Below are positions 1 to 9,832 of a DNA stretch of 64,000 bases, piece after piece. Every line of letters begins with the position of its first letter. Within the stretch, counting starts at the first letter, position 1. The notes beneath the pieces were generated by a model, which was not told the DNA's origin, searched no databases, and saw only the letters and a program-made list of their open reading frames with translations. The position numbers and the translations under genes are program-made. This stretch comes from Methanobacteriota archaeon (GTDB lineage Archaea; Halobacteriota; Bog-38; Methanoflorentales; Methanoflorentaceae), in assembly GCA_963720465.1 (NCBI GenBank), contig OY970393.1, positions 2,176,001-2,240,000 of the forward strand, written 5' to 3'.

Positions 1-2
1 GT

Positions 3-146
3 CAATCGGTCAAACAATCAGCCGTCTACGAACTCGAACTCACGGCAGATTCCCGCGAGAACGCAACCGACCTCGTTAACGGAATGTGCCAACGGCTGCT
101 CGCGAATCCCATCATACACGATTATGACATACGGATAACGAAATAG
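3..146 (+). CDS. purS: Phosphoribosylformylglycinamidine synthase subunit PurS (5'-truncated by window edge)
   Basis: Manual translation QSVKQSAVYELEL...MCQRLLANPIIHDYDI* carries the PurS C-terminal LLANP motif; immediately upstream of purQ. Confidence 0.9.
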   Translation, partial: QSVKQSAVYELELTADSRENATDLVNGMCQRLLANPIIHDYDIRITK

Positions 147-160
147 TCGAGAAGAGATAG

Positions 161-841
161 ATGAATATCGCCATTCTCCGGTTCGGTGGGAGTAACTGTG
201 ATCTGGACGTTCAAAAAGCTCTGAACAATTTGAGCATTGGCGCAGAACTTGTCTGGTACAAAGAGACCCTAGAGAGTTTTGACGGCGCGATCATCCCAGG
301 CGGGTTTTCGTATGGGGACTACTTGCGCGCAGGTGCAATTGCGGCACGAACCGAGATTATGCAGTCAGTTGCAGAGATGGCAGCTGACGGGAAGCCCGTG
401 TTAGGTATATGCAACGGCGCCCAAATCCTCAGCGAGTCGCACTTAGTGCCCGGCACGTTCACTCTCAATCAGTATCCGAAGTTCATCTGCAGGTGGGTGA
501 AACTCAGAACATTCGGCAAGTCTGCGTTCACCGCACTTTCGAACGCGTTAGTTGACCTTCCTATAGCGCACAAAGAGGGGCGATACGTCGCTGACCCAAG
601 GCTGCTCAAAGAGCTTTACGAAAATGATCAGGTCGTTTTTAAGTACGTTGATGACACGGGACGCCCCACTTTGGCTGCAAACCCCAACGGCTCGCTCGAT
701 AATATCGCTGGAATAAGTAATTTAGAAAAAAATGTGCTTGCAATGATGCCGCATCCCGAACGAGCGTCACAGAAATTTCTCGGTTCTGCTGACGGGAATG
801 CCATCTTTGAATCGATGGTTCGATATATCAAGGCCATTTGA
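161..841 (+). CDS. purQ: FGAM synthase glutaminase subunit PurQ
   Basis: PGGFSYGDYLRAG, GICNG (catalytic Cys), NPNGS and MMPHPER motifs. Confidence 0.97.
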   Translation: MNIAILRFGGSNCDLDVQKALNNLSIGAELVWYKETLESFDGAIIPGGFSYGDYLRAGAIAARTEIMQSVAEMAADGKPVLGICNGAQILSESHLVPGTFTLNQYPKFICRWVKLRTFGKSAFTALSNALVDLPIAHKEGRYVADPRLLKELYENDQVVFKYVDDTGRPTLAANPNGSLDNIAGISNLEKNVLAMMPHPERASQKFLGSADGNAIFESMVRYIKAI

Positions 842-888
842 GACGCAGGTTCTCGCGAGCGTTACGTTTGCGCGCAGGCAGATCGTTT

Positions 889-1836
889 TCAAATTAGAGG
901 GGTCCACCACCATTCGTTCTCTTGATACCATCGAGCGACTTGCGTCAATCCGTCTTCAAATGAAATCTCGGGTTGCCATCCAAGAGACTTTATCTTCGAA
1001 CAGTCTAAGGAATACCTCTGGTCGTGTCCGAGCCGGTTCGTTGTGAAAGAAATGAGCGTTGAAGGCTTTCCCACTAGCTGAAGTATGGCTTTCGTTATGT
1101 CTAAGTTGCTCCTCTCGTTACCGGCGCCAATGTTATACGTCTCGCCCGTTTTGCCCATTTGGCGAACGCAGTCTATCGCTGCACAATTATCTGCAACGTG
1201 TATCCAGTCTCGGACGTTGTCTCCCCGGCCATAAACCGTCAGCTCGCGGTTCCTCATAGCGCTTGTGAGAAAGCGAGGAATCAGTTTTTCGGGGTGCTGA
1301 TACGGCCCGTAGTTGTTTGAGCTGCGGGTAATAACGCAGGGAAAATCGTACGTCGTGAAATAGGATGACGCCAACAAGTCGGCTCCAGCCTTGCTTGCTG
1401 CATAGGGACTTGATGGATGCAAACTATCCGTCTCCTTAAACGATCCGTGATCAACGCTTCCATACACTTCATCCGTCGATATCTGAACGAATCGCTCAAT
1501 TGGATAATCTTTGGCCGCCGCTAGCAAGACGTGAGTCCCAAGGACATCCGTTTGAACGAAAGCAGTTGAACTCGTAATAGACCTATCGACGTGCGTCTCG
1601 GCCGCAAAGTTAATAACACAGTCACAATCTTTTAGCAACTGCTTGACAATTGTTTCGTCGCAAATATCACCTTTGACGAATTCAATGTCAGTTAGCACGT
1701 CTTTCAGGCTGCTCATATTGCCTGCGTACGTCAATTTGTCTAGGACTACGATTTCTGCTTCATTGTGCTTAGACAACATATAGCGCACGAAATTGCTGCC
1801 TATGAAGCCCGCGCCACCCGTGATTAATAGTCGCAT
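889..1836 (-). CDS. rfbB: dTDP-glucose 4,6-dehydratase
   Basis: Start reassigned to MRLLITGGAGFIGS (ATG 1836); AAETHVDRS, STDEVYG, YAASK, NNYGPYQHPEK motifs. Confidence 0.93.
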   Translation of the reverse strand: MRLLITGGAGFIGSNFVRYMLSKHNEAEIVVLDKLTYAGNMSSLKDVLTDIEFVKGDICDETIVKQLLKDCDCVINFAAETHVDRSITSSTAFVQTDVLGTHVLLAAAKDYPIERFVQISTDEVYGSVDHGSFKETDSLHPSSPYAASKAGADLLASSYFTTYDFPCVITRSSNNYGPYQHPEKLIPRFLTSAMRNRELTVYGRGDNVRDWIHVADNCAAIDCVRQMGKTGETYNIGAGNERSNLDITKAILQLVGKPSTLISFTTNRLGHDQRYSLDCSKIKSLGWQPEISFEDGLTQVARWYQENEWWWTPLI

Positions 1837-2148
1837 AATTCCTCGTTTCAGTCTTCCCTTCTTTCTCGCAAATGAGCTGCGACACGGCAAATAGTTCAAG
1901 GAGCCTTTGTGCAGAGGTTTCTTAATTCTTTTGATGAAAATCGCATTTGAGAATACGAGGATCTTGATTTGCTCTAAAAAATGAGCGTCGGGAGATGTCA
2001 AAGATCATGTTAGCAATATTAGGGGGTTACTAGCTCACGACCGCGCTTTGGACCGGTCAGAAACAAATATATTTTATAACGCGTATCGTAGCAAGCGTTG
2101 CGAAAATACGCCGTGCTTTGCGATATTCTGCAACAACTTTGTATGCAA

Positions 2149-2241
2149 GCTCCGGTAGTGTAGCACGGCCAATCATGTTGGCCTTTCGAACTCAAGCAGT
2201 GAAGCAAGCCAACGACTCGGGTTCAAATCCCGACCGGAGCA
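2149..2241 (+). tRNA. tRNA-Glu(TTC) with 18-nt intron (2189-2206) at position 37/38
   Basis: Acceptor GCTCCGG/CCGGAGC, anticodon stem TTGGC/GCCAA, anticodon TTC 2185-2187, T arm TCGGG-TTCAAAT-CCCGA; intron forms a full BHB. Confidence 0.95.
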
Positions 2242-2716
2242 TCCAGTAACTATCGTAAGCGTCTCTACGTAGCGGTGACGTGCCTCGCAATTCTCCAAAA
2301 CTGACCGAACCAAGATATTACTCGATGTAAGAGGTCCCGGGGAACTTCGTGATCCATTGCTCCGAGTGTTCCGCAGGAGTCGTGCGTTCAGGTATTTGGT
2401 TTGCAAAATGGTTTGGTACGGCGCTAACTGCAGATCACTGGGTTATGCCAAGCACGAAGTTGGGTCGGGTCTCCTCTACGTTTATCTAATTTGACTGCTT
2501 GTTGGAATTGTGGGACGGCGTCCGTACAAAAAGTGGAATTATCAAGTTTGGCGTGCAGCAGTTCAAGAGCTTCATCGCAGCGCCGAGCAACGTCTAGTAA
2601 TTATGGTCGACGGCGTATTAGCTTTGGACAGAGAGCCCCTTGGGCGAGCGTACTAAGAACCTTCTTCGAGGCCCCCTGATGCCTCAGCAAAAGTGCTATC
2701 TAGTCAAAAAATAGGC

Positions 2717-2724
2717 TTTTATAT
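2717..2724 (+). promoter_or_regulatory. TATA box of tRNA-Leu
   Basis: TTTTATAT about 25 nt upstream of the mature tRNA 5' end, preceded by an A-rich BRE-like stretch. Confidence 0.6.
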
Positions 2725-2748
2725 GTCCGTTCGGTATGTCAACATAGG

Positions 2749-2849
2749 GCGGAGGTAGCCAAGCCAGGCCAAAGGCGCAGGACTTAAGAACCTTTGTTTG
2801 GGATATCCTGTTGCGAAGGCATTCGTGGGTTCGAATCCCTCCCTCCGCA
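2749..2849 (+). tRNA. tRNA-Leu(TAA) with 16-nt intron (2789-2804) at position 37/38
   Basis: Acceptor GCGGAGG/CCTCCGC, anticodon stem CAGGA/TCCTG, anticodon TAA 2785-2787, long variable arm, TTCGAAT T loop. Confidence 0.93.
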
Positions 2850-2891
2850 CTTCTGCCAAATGATAGGGTATTTTGCTGCACCTGAACACAA

Positions 2892-3728
2892 TCAACGGAT
2901 CGCATTTGCGAGATCTCTGACAGCAGAAACGACTTCATATGGATTTGCACCCCAATGCACCACGTAACCCTTCTGTCCAAAAAGTTGGGTGGGTCCGACC
3001 CTCGCTGACTTGCAACATTTTGCAATGAAAGGCTTGCTCGGTCTTATTGTTTTCGTCGGACACATGTTGACATGTTCGAATTCTAGCCCGTGAACTCGCG
3101 CTTCGAGCACTTGTTTCGAAATGTCGCACCCCAGTAGAACGGCGTGCTCACCGATGTGAATGTCGCGGTTATTGAGGCTATTGCTCCCAATTCCTGACGC
3201 TGAACACGGATAAATCGTGGCTCCGCGTGCACTCCTTAGATCTTGTATAACTGGCGTAAAACACACGGACAAGTCCCCAAAAATGCCAGCATTGTCGAGT
3301 TTCTTGATGAGCGTGATAAGGTGTGGTGGATCTGGGGGGGATACGTCAAATACCTCAATCTCGGTTACGCTGGCGAGGTCTGGGTCGTAAACGAACGTCC
3401 AATGAAGATCAAATCCTTGATAAACGACTGCTTTTATAGGGGGCTTACACAGTCGGGTTGCTACAGTAATTAGCCTGCTTCTGTTGAAGATGTCCGTCTT
3501 GCGTCTATGCACCAGAGTTTCGGCAAAGCCTGCAATCCTTTTGGCCTTCGATATCGTTCGGATCAAGCCGTTCCCCTCCAATTCGAGTTCGTAAACCGCC
3601 ACTTTTCCTTGCCAAAACAGCAGGACATAGTGCGATGAGAAATAGACGCGCTCACCCACTGTTGGTCGAGATGTTTCATCATCGCATTCTCTCACAGCGA
3701 CGTCCTTGCAATGATCGGGAAAAATCAC
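2892..3728 (-). CDS. Cys-rich hypothetical protein, last gene of the aksE-aksF unit
   Basis: 278-aa ORF with GTG start 4 nt after the aksF stop; motifs PCSASG, LLGC, NMCP, KCC, VVHWGA. Confidence 0.8.
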   Translation of the reverse strand: MIFPDHCKDVAVRECDDETSRPTVGERVYFSSHYVLLFWQGKVAVYELELEGNGLIRTISKAKRIAGFAETLVHRRKTDIFNRSRLITVATRLCKPPIKAVVYQGFDLHWTFVYDPDLASVTEIEVFDVSPPDPPHLITLIKKLDNAGIFGDLSVCFTPVIQDLRSARGATIYPCSASGIGSNSLNNRDIHIGEHAVLLGCDISKQVLEARVHGLEFEHVNMCPTKTIRPSKPFIAKCCKSARVGPTQLFGQKGYVVHWGANPYEVVSAVRDLANAIR

Positions 3729-3732
3729 GTTG

Positions 3733-4689
3733 TCACCTTAGATTGCGTATTATTTCGCGCGCCACTTCGTCAGTCGAACTCGTGCCACCCAGGTCCCGTG
3801 TCGTGATGCCTTTGCGTATCGTCTGCTTGACTGAAACGTCTACTAAGGAGGCTTTTTCGCTTTTGCCTGCCCATTCGAGCAACATGCTAGTACTCAAAAT
3901 AGCCCCTATTGGATTTGCTATGCCACGCCCAGCGATGTGGGGCGCCGAGCCGTGCACAGGCTCAAAAATGGCGAATTTTGGTCCGATATTCGCACTCGGA
4001 CAAAGCCCGAGCCCTCCGATAAGCGCTGCAGCTTCATCGGACAGAATATCGCCAAATAAGTTCGACGTCAAGATGTGATCGAACATTTCAGGGTGTCTTA
4101 TGAGATTGTATGCAGCCGCGTCGACGTACATCTCGTTATAGGGCACATCTTGCTCCTGCAAAACACGTACGCAGACATCTCGAAAGAAAATATCTGACTT
4201 GAGCACGTTTGCTTTATGCACTATCGTAACGGTTTTTACGTTGCGCAAGGTGCTTGCGAACGATGCAAGCCTTTCCACATTAGCGCGAGTAACCACTCGC
4301 TGCGTGACGGCTATGTCGTCAGAAAGCTCTTCGATGCCGGAGTACAACCCCTCGAGGTTCTCTCGTATTATAGTGAGGTTCAATTCATAGGGAGTTAGAG
4401 AGTAAGATCGAAAAGGTCGTAGATTCACGAAGAGATCGAGTGTTTTTCTTAGTCTGACGAGAACGCTGCTCCCTTGAACGCTGGTTACAGCCCCCAAGAG
4501 CATACAATCCGCTTGTGTAATTAAACCGATATCCGCATCGGTTATTGGTGTGCCTTCTCTGGCCCATTTGGAGTATCCTATGTCAACTTGGATGAATTCT
4601 GGATCGTTCAATAATAAAGTGAGAATCTCAACACAAGGAGGTATGACCTCTTTGCCGACTCCATCTCCCTCAGCAACAGCTATTATCAT
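3733..4689 (-). CDS. aksF: Isocitrate/isopropylmalate dehydrogenase family, probable homoisocitrate dehydrogenase AksF
   Basis: EGDGVGKEV, RENLEGLY, HKANVLK, NLFGDILSD, EPVHGSAP; lies next to aksE/aksD/aksA; start placed at MIIAVAEG. Confidence 0.8.
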   Translation of the reverse strand: MIIAVAEGDGVGKEVIPPCVEILTLLLNDPEFIQVDIGYSKWAREGTPITDADIGLITQADCMLLGAVTSVQGSSVLVRLRKTLDLFVNLRPFRSYSLTPYELNLTIIRENLEGLYSGIEELSDDIAVTQRVVTRANVERLASFASTLRNVKTVTIVHKANVLKSDIFFRDVCVRVLQEQDVPYNEMYVDAAAYNLIRHPEMFDHILTSNLFGDILSDEAAALIGGLGLCPSANIGPKFAIFEPVHGSAPHIAGRGIANPIGAILSTSMLLEWAGKSEKASLVDVSVKQTIRKGITTRDLGGTSSTDEVAREIIRNLR

Positions 4690-4732
4690 ATGCACTGAGT
4701 AGCAAACCGCTTGATGCATCCGCGTAGACCCG

Positions 4733-5239
4733 TTAAGGATCGCTCACTGGCGGACTCGCGTTGCGTGGATGCCTCTTTCTATGTTCGACTAACCCACCAT
4801 CTTGGAGGATCTCCTGCAGGAATTTAGGGAGCTCCTCACCTTGTACGACCCTGCTGCGGGTTCTCACAAGCCCGGAAGATAAGTCGACCTCAATCTCATC
4901 ACCCGCTGTAACAGAATCAAGAACGTCTGCTTCGATAATTGGCAAGCCCACGTTGATTGCATTCCTGAAAAAGATCCGAGCGAAAGATTTCGCAACGACA
5001 CATCCGATCTTGGCGTATTTGAGCGCGAGCGCTGCTTGCTCTCGTGATGACCCGCAACCGAAGTTCTTGCCGGCAACTATTATATCCCCTTCACGCGGCG
5101 AAAATTCCGTGCCAAACCCTTCCATTGCGTGTTGTGCGAAGACGTTAACGTCAGTTGTTCTCAGATACTTGCCGGGTATGATCAAATCAGTGTTGACATT
5201 ATCGCCGTACTTCCACACTTTTCCCTTGATGCGCATCAT
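4733..5239 (-). CDS. aksE: Homoaconitase small subunit AksE (LeuD family)
   Basis: [34 protein letters not shown]; the YLRT loop is typical of methanogen homoaconitase HacB rather than LeuD. Confidence 0.85.
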   Translation of the reverse strand: MMRIKGKVWKYGDNVNTDLIIPGKYLRTTDVNVFAQHAMEGFGTEFSPREGDIIVAGKNFGCGSSREQAALALKYAKIGCVVAKSFARIFFRNAINVGLPIIEADVLDSVTAGDEIEVDLSSGLVRTRSRVVQGEELPKFLQEILQDGGLVEHRKRHPRNASPPVSDP

Positions 5240-5347
5240 AGTCTATTTGAAGATGTGGCGATATAAAACATACGGGGGATTGCTACGCTTCGGCTGTGAG
5301 CGTAAAGCTGAAAAAATGTTTAATAGTTCCGAAACAACTTCGTTGCC

Positions 5348-5683
5348 ATGTCATTGCTATTGTCCGCGCAGGAAGAGTACCTAATTAATCAAAAGAAAGC
5401 TTTTCTCACCCACAAGGTCAAGCACAACGCGCAAGAGATTGAACAAGAGATCGACGAAAGAATGTGGAAGCTAGACGTCGAAAAAATCGACACCAGTGAG
5501 TTCATGGCGACGCTTGTCGTGCGAGAACCCATGATCTCAATCAGTACCGGAGATATTGTGACCTACCGAGGTGTCCCGAGAAAATTCACGGTTAGAAGCC
5601 CATCGCTTGAATATCTCCTCGATGCCGTTGAAAAGATCCTCATGGAACAAATTGAGGAAATCAAGAGATACGCCGGCGTTTGA
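5348..5683 (+). CDS. Hypothetical protein (111 aa)
   Basis: Fills the gap between aksE and aksD on the opposite strand; TTTAATA box about 23 nt upstream of ATG; plausible soluble composition. Confidence 0.65.
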   Translation: MSLLLSAQEEYLINQKKAFLTHKVKHNAQEIEQEIDERMWKLDVEKIDTSEFMATLVVREPMISISTGDIVTYRGVPRKFTVRSPSLEYLLDAVEKILMEQIEEIKRYAGV

Positions 5684-5710
5684 ATCCCCTGATAAAAAGA
5701 GTAATAGGCT

Positions 5711-6976
5711 CTATAATTGCCGCGGATCAGCGATCTCGCCTTTGAGGGCCGTCGCCGCGGCGGTGGCGGGAGAGGCAAGGTAAACGAGCCCCTCAGCACC
5801 CATTCTCCCCTTGAAATTTCTGTTGGAAGTAGAAAGACAAGCCTCTCCCCGTCCCAAAACCCCGTTATGCGCGCCGAGACATGGCCCGCACCCGGGACTG
5901 CAAACGGTAGCTCCGGCTTGAATTAATGTCTCCAGGACCCCCGTTCGTATAGAATTTAATAGCACGAGCTTCGACGCTGGAACGATGATCGTCCGTACGG
6001 CAACTGTCTCACCGCGTAGAATGGTCGCTGCCGCCTGAAGATCTTCAAAACGTCCATTAGTGCACGAACCTATGAACACTTGGTCAATAGCTGTACCTGC
6101 TACCTCTTCGACATCTTTCACGTTGTCCACCTGATGGGGACAAGCGACCTGAGGCCCCAAGTCATCGACCTTGACGTTCAGTTCATCGGCGTACACGGCA
6201 TTGTCATCAGAGTAACAAGGCTGGTACTCCGCTTGGGGTGTAAGGCGCTTGAGGTACGCAAAAGTCTTGTGATCTGGGGGTACAATGCCTGCCTTCGCGC
6301 CTACTTCCACTGCCATATTGCTCAAAGTAAGCCTACTTTCCAAAGTCAGGTCGCCTGTCGTCGTGCCATAGAATTCCAAAGCTTTGTAGGACGCGCCATC
6401 GGCCCCCATAATCCCTGCAATGTTAAGAATCACGTCTTTCGCGCTTACATGGTCTCTGAGTTTTCCGTCGAGAACAATTCTCAGCGTTTCAGGCACCTTT
6501 AACCACAGCGTTCCTGTTGCAAACACCTCTGCTATATCGGTCGCACCCACTCCGGTTGCGAAAGTTCCTAATGCTCCGTATGTGCACGAGTGAGAATCAG
6601 CTCCGACAACCAAGGTGCCTGGAAGGGCAAGCCCGTGCTCAACCATCAGTTGATGGCATATCCCGTCACCGACGTCAAAGAAGTTCGTAATTCCGTGGCA
6701 TTTTGTCCACGTCCGGATCGTTTTTTGAAGGGTTGCGGCTACCTCAGTGCTGGCTGGGGCAATATGGTCAAAGATAATGGCGATCCTTTGTGGGTCCCAA
6801 ACAGAGGTAGCGCCCATGTCCTCAAATGCTTTTACGCCAAGCACACTCGTGCCATCATGGGCCATTGCTGCATCAACGCGCCCCAGAATAAAATCCTTGG
6901 CGCTTGCCGCTTTTCCTGACGCCCTGGAGAGAATCTTCTCGCTAATGGTTCTTGGGGCATCCAAAGTGCTGTTCAC
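5711..6976 (-). CDS. aksD: Homoaconitase large subunit AksD (LeuC family)
   Basis: [42 protein letters not shown] [4Fe-4S] aconitase motifs. Confidence 0.85.
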   Translation of the reverse strand: MNSTLDAPRTISEKILSRASGKAASAKDFILGRVDAAMAHDGTSVLGVKAFEDMGATSVWDPQRIAIIFDHIAPASTEVAATLQKTIRTWTKCHGITNFFDVGDGICHQLMVEHGLALPGTLVVGADSHSCTYGALGTFATGVGATDIAEVFATGTLWLKVPETLRIVLDGKLRDHVSAKDVILNIAGIMGADGASYKALEFYGTTTGDLTLESRLTLSNMAVEVGAKAGIVPPDHKTFAYLKRLTPQAEYQPCYSDDNAVYADELNVKVDDLGPQVACPHQVDNVKDVEEVAGTAIDQVFIGSCTNGRFEDLQAAATILRGETVAVRTIIVPASKLVLLNSIRTGVLETLIQAGATVCSPGCGPCLGAHNGVLGRGEACLSTSNRNFKGRMGAEGLVYLASPATAAATALKGEIADPRQL

Positions 6977-7140
6977 CGCGTACTATTGCTGCCCGTGGAT
7001 TATCAACCTATGGATGTTTTGCCCGTCAACCAGCGAAGATGCGTTGGAGTGCCGACTTCGATCTCAGCAACTAGCGTGACGCCGGACGGCCCGCGTGGAC
7101 TGGTCGATCTGAAGACCAACAACATATTTAAGTTGCGGCT

Positions 7141-8331
7141 ATGAATGTGTACAGCGAAATTCCATCAGGATCGTTTATGGATCACTTTGGATCTTCTTCA
7201 TTGCCTAAGGCAGTTATTGGCCCGATAGAGATTTGTGACGTCACGCTGCGTGACGGTGAGCAGGCTCCTGGCGTCGTTTTTGGTGTTGACGAAAAAGTTG
7301 AGATTGCGACCAAGCTGGATGCAATTGGCGTTGAGATGATAGAAGCGGGATTTCCCGCCGTTTCAGCGAAAGAGAAGGTTATGGTGAAAGAAATTGCTAA
7401 TTTGGGTCTAAACACCAAGATATGCTGCCTTTCGCGAGCGATTTTCCACGACATCGATGAAGCGTTAGATTGCGATGTAGATGTGGTGGGACTGTTTATG
7501 GCTACGTCAGATCTGCATCTCAAGTACAAGTATCATCGCAGCTTTGATGAAATGCTGGAGTGCGCCCTGTCAACGCTCGAATATGCAAAGGAACACGGGC
7601 TCATTGTGAGGTTTGCGGCAGAAGACGCGACTAGGACCGATCCAGAAGTGCTCAAGCGCTTTTTTAGACAAGGTGAGGATCACGGGGCCGATTACGTTAA
7701 CATCGCAGATACGGTGGGTGCACTGAGACCGTCTACGTGCTATGATCTGGTGTCTGCGATGAAAACGGTCGTTAACGTGCCGCTTTGTATTCATTGCCAT
7801 AACGATCTCGGCATGGCCGTAGCAAACACTATCACGGCTGCAGAAGCCGGGACGTTTCAACTCCACACGACGGTGAACGGGATAGGAGAACGAGTCGGAA
7901 ATACCCCGCTTGAGGAACTGCTTGTCGCGCTGCGCCTACAGTTTGGAGTCGATACATACGACCTTTCGAAATTGATGGCGCTGTCCAAAACAGTCGAACA
8001 TCATTCACGGTTGCGTTTGCCGAAGAACAAACCGGTCGTCGGCTTGAATGCATTCTCTCACGAATCCGGCATACACGTAGCGGCTGTGCTCGAGGAGTCC
8101 GAGACGTATGAACTATTCTCGCCTGACTTAGTGGGCAACAAGAGACGGATCGTCATTGGCAAGCACACCGGAAAAAAAGCCCTGCAGTATGTCATCGCGC
8201 AGTTAGGCTATCGTCCGACCCGAGATGAGCTCTGTCAGATCCTCGACGACGTAAAACGCGTTTGTGAAACAAAGAAATCAGTCTCTCAGGAGGAGCTCGA
8301 GGATATAATTAGAACCGTGATGTACCGTTAG
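7141..8331 (+). CDS. aksA: Homocitrate synthase AksA (no C-terminal regulatory domain)
   Basis: DVTLRDGEQAPG, HCHNDLGMA, NGIGERVGN, HESGIH; about 390 aa, lacks the LeuA/CimA allosteric domain; exact start uncertain. Confidence 0.85.
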   Translation: MNVYSEIPSGSFMDHFGSSSLPKAVIGPIEICDVTLRDGEQAPGVVFGVDEKVEIATKLDAIGVEMIEAGFPAVSAKEKVMVKEIANLGLNTKICCLSRAIFHDIDEALDCDVDVVGLFMATSDLHLKYKYHRSFDEMLECALSTLEYAKEHGLIVRFAAEDATRTDPEVLKRFFRQGEDHGADYVNIADTVGALRPSTCYDLVSAMKTVVNVPLCIHCHNDLGMAVANTITAAEAGTFQLHTTVNGIGERVGNTPLEELLVALRLQFGVDTYDLSKLMALSKTVEHHSRLRLPKNKPVVGLNAFSHESGIHVAAVLEESETYELFSPDLVGNKRRIVIGKHTGKKALQYVIAQLGYRPTRDELCQILDDVKRVCETKKSVSQEELEDIIRTVMYR

Positions 8332-9832
8332 CCCCGGAGTTTTGACGAGGACCGTATTTTGAGCAGGCGGCTCGTATGACGACGACGAGCGTTCCTGTAG
8401 AGTCGCTTGCGGCTTGCAGAAGATCTGCATATGACATTTCATTCATGTCCGTTGCGTTCACTAACTTGTAAGTGATACCGTAGTTTCGGCACACGGCACC
8501 GACCAAATCAGAGATCTCGGGCGTCGGCTGCCCGCCCGTTATGGCTGATATTCGGTTTTCGAGTACGAACACTTTTACATTCCGCTTAAACACTGCCGCG
8601 CTTATTAGTGCGGCGATGCCGCTATGTAAGAACGCGTAATCTCCTAGTATTGCAAGTCCGCCTTGTTCAAACCCCGAAGCCACGCCAATTGCTGAGCCGA
8701 GTGAATATGCTGCGTCAATCAGTTTAAAAGGTGGATTGGCTGTCCGTATTACGCAGCCCATGTCCCCTGCAATCATCGCATCAACTTGGGCGAGAGCGCG
8801 GTAGAAAGGCAAGAAGGGGCAATCATCGCAGATGTCTTCCGTATAACGTCTGGTTTCGAGTGTCTCAACATCAAACCTTGCCGTTATATAATCTGCCTCA
8901 ATATAGGCCAACGCTTTAGTCACATCGTTTGACGTAAGTTCCCCGAAACGGGGAACGTGCCCAGACAGTTTGCCGAGGACTTTCGCGTGAACAGATTCTT
9001 CAACAAGCGGTGACCCCTCTTCAACGACTATGACCCGGTTGTGCTTTTTGAGAAACGAATCAGTTCGGCGCTGACATAGCGGGTTGACTACGCCGAGTCT
9101 AAGGTGTGCTACGTCGTGTCGTCCCTGGATTGCATCATCCACCAGCGTTGATGCATAGCCTGCAGAAATAATGCCGATGGCGCCGTCGCCGTCTTCTTCG
9201 TTGAGATCTGTCGTTTCAGCAAATTGCAGCATCTTAGGATACGTGTGTCTGAGAAAATACTGATGTCTACCCAAATGCGTGAGGTTCCAGATGCTCTTAT
9301 CGATGCTCTTACTGACGCGTCGTGCAGGTGGCACCCTCTCAACTACGCCACCGGTATTCAGAAGCCTGCCTGTTATTCTTACGATTATCGGCACTGAGAG
9401 TAGTGCGGATAGTTCAAAAGCCTCTAGCGCACAATCATACGCATTACGGGCGCTGTATGGATCCATCACCGGGATTTCGGCTATCTTACCGTAATATCTC
9501 GAATCCTGCTCGTTTTGCGAAAGTTTTGCACCTGGATCGTCGCCTGCGATTACGACTAGCCCAGCACCTATTCCGTGAGTGGCCGCGGTAATCAAGGAGT
9601 CCGACGCCACATTCAATCCAACGTGTTTCGTTACAAAAACTGATCGTGTACCAGATGCGGCAGCCCCTAAAGCCAAATCGATCCCGACCTTCTCATTAGC
9701 AGCGGGAATCCAAATGGGCCGCAAATTTTCAATGATTTTAGTGACAGGAAATCCGATAACCCCTGTGGCTACGCCGGCGCCGGCATCGAATATCCCATAT
9801 GTAAGTGCATTTAAGCCGTCTGTTTTAAACAT
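8309..9832 (-). CDS. IorA-like TPP-dependent 2-oxoacid oxidoreductase alpha subunit without the ferredoxin domain
   Basis: ANEK, KHVGLNVASD, DDPG..SQNEQD, CDDCP, GDMGC, GDYAFLHSG, TGGQ; ends shortly after RAAC. Confidence 0.85.
   Translation of the reverse strand: MFKTDGLNALTYGIFDAGAGVATGVIGFPVTKIIENLRPIWIPAANEKVGIDLALGAAASGTRSVFVTKHVGLNVASDSLITAATHGIGAGLVVIAGDDPGAKLSQNEQDSRYYGKIAEIPVMDPYSARNAYDCALEAFELSALLSVPIIVRITGRLLNTGGVVERVPPARRVSKSIDKSIWNLTHLGRHQYFLRHTYPKMLQFAETTDLNEEDGDGAIGIISAGYASTLVDDAIQGRHDVAHLRLGVVNPLCQRRTDSFLKKHNRVIVVEEGSPLVEESVHAKVLGKLSGHVPRFGELTSNDVTKALAYIEADYITARFDVETLETRRYTEDICDDCPFLPFYRALAQVDAMIAGDMGCVIRTANPPFKLIDAAYSLGSAIGVASGFEQGGLAILGDYAFLHSGIAALISAAVFKRNVKVFVLENRISAITGGQPTPEISDLVGAVCRNYGITYKLVNATDMNEMSYADLLQAASDSTGTLVVVIRAACSKYGPRQNSGANGTSRF

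Noticed and set aside
2242-2716. 470-bp spacer between the tRNAs as a mobile element remnant
   Set aside because: No terminal repeats, tRNA-end duplication or transposase/integrase fragment was recognisable
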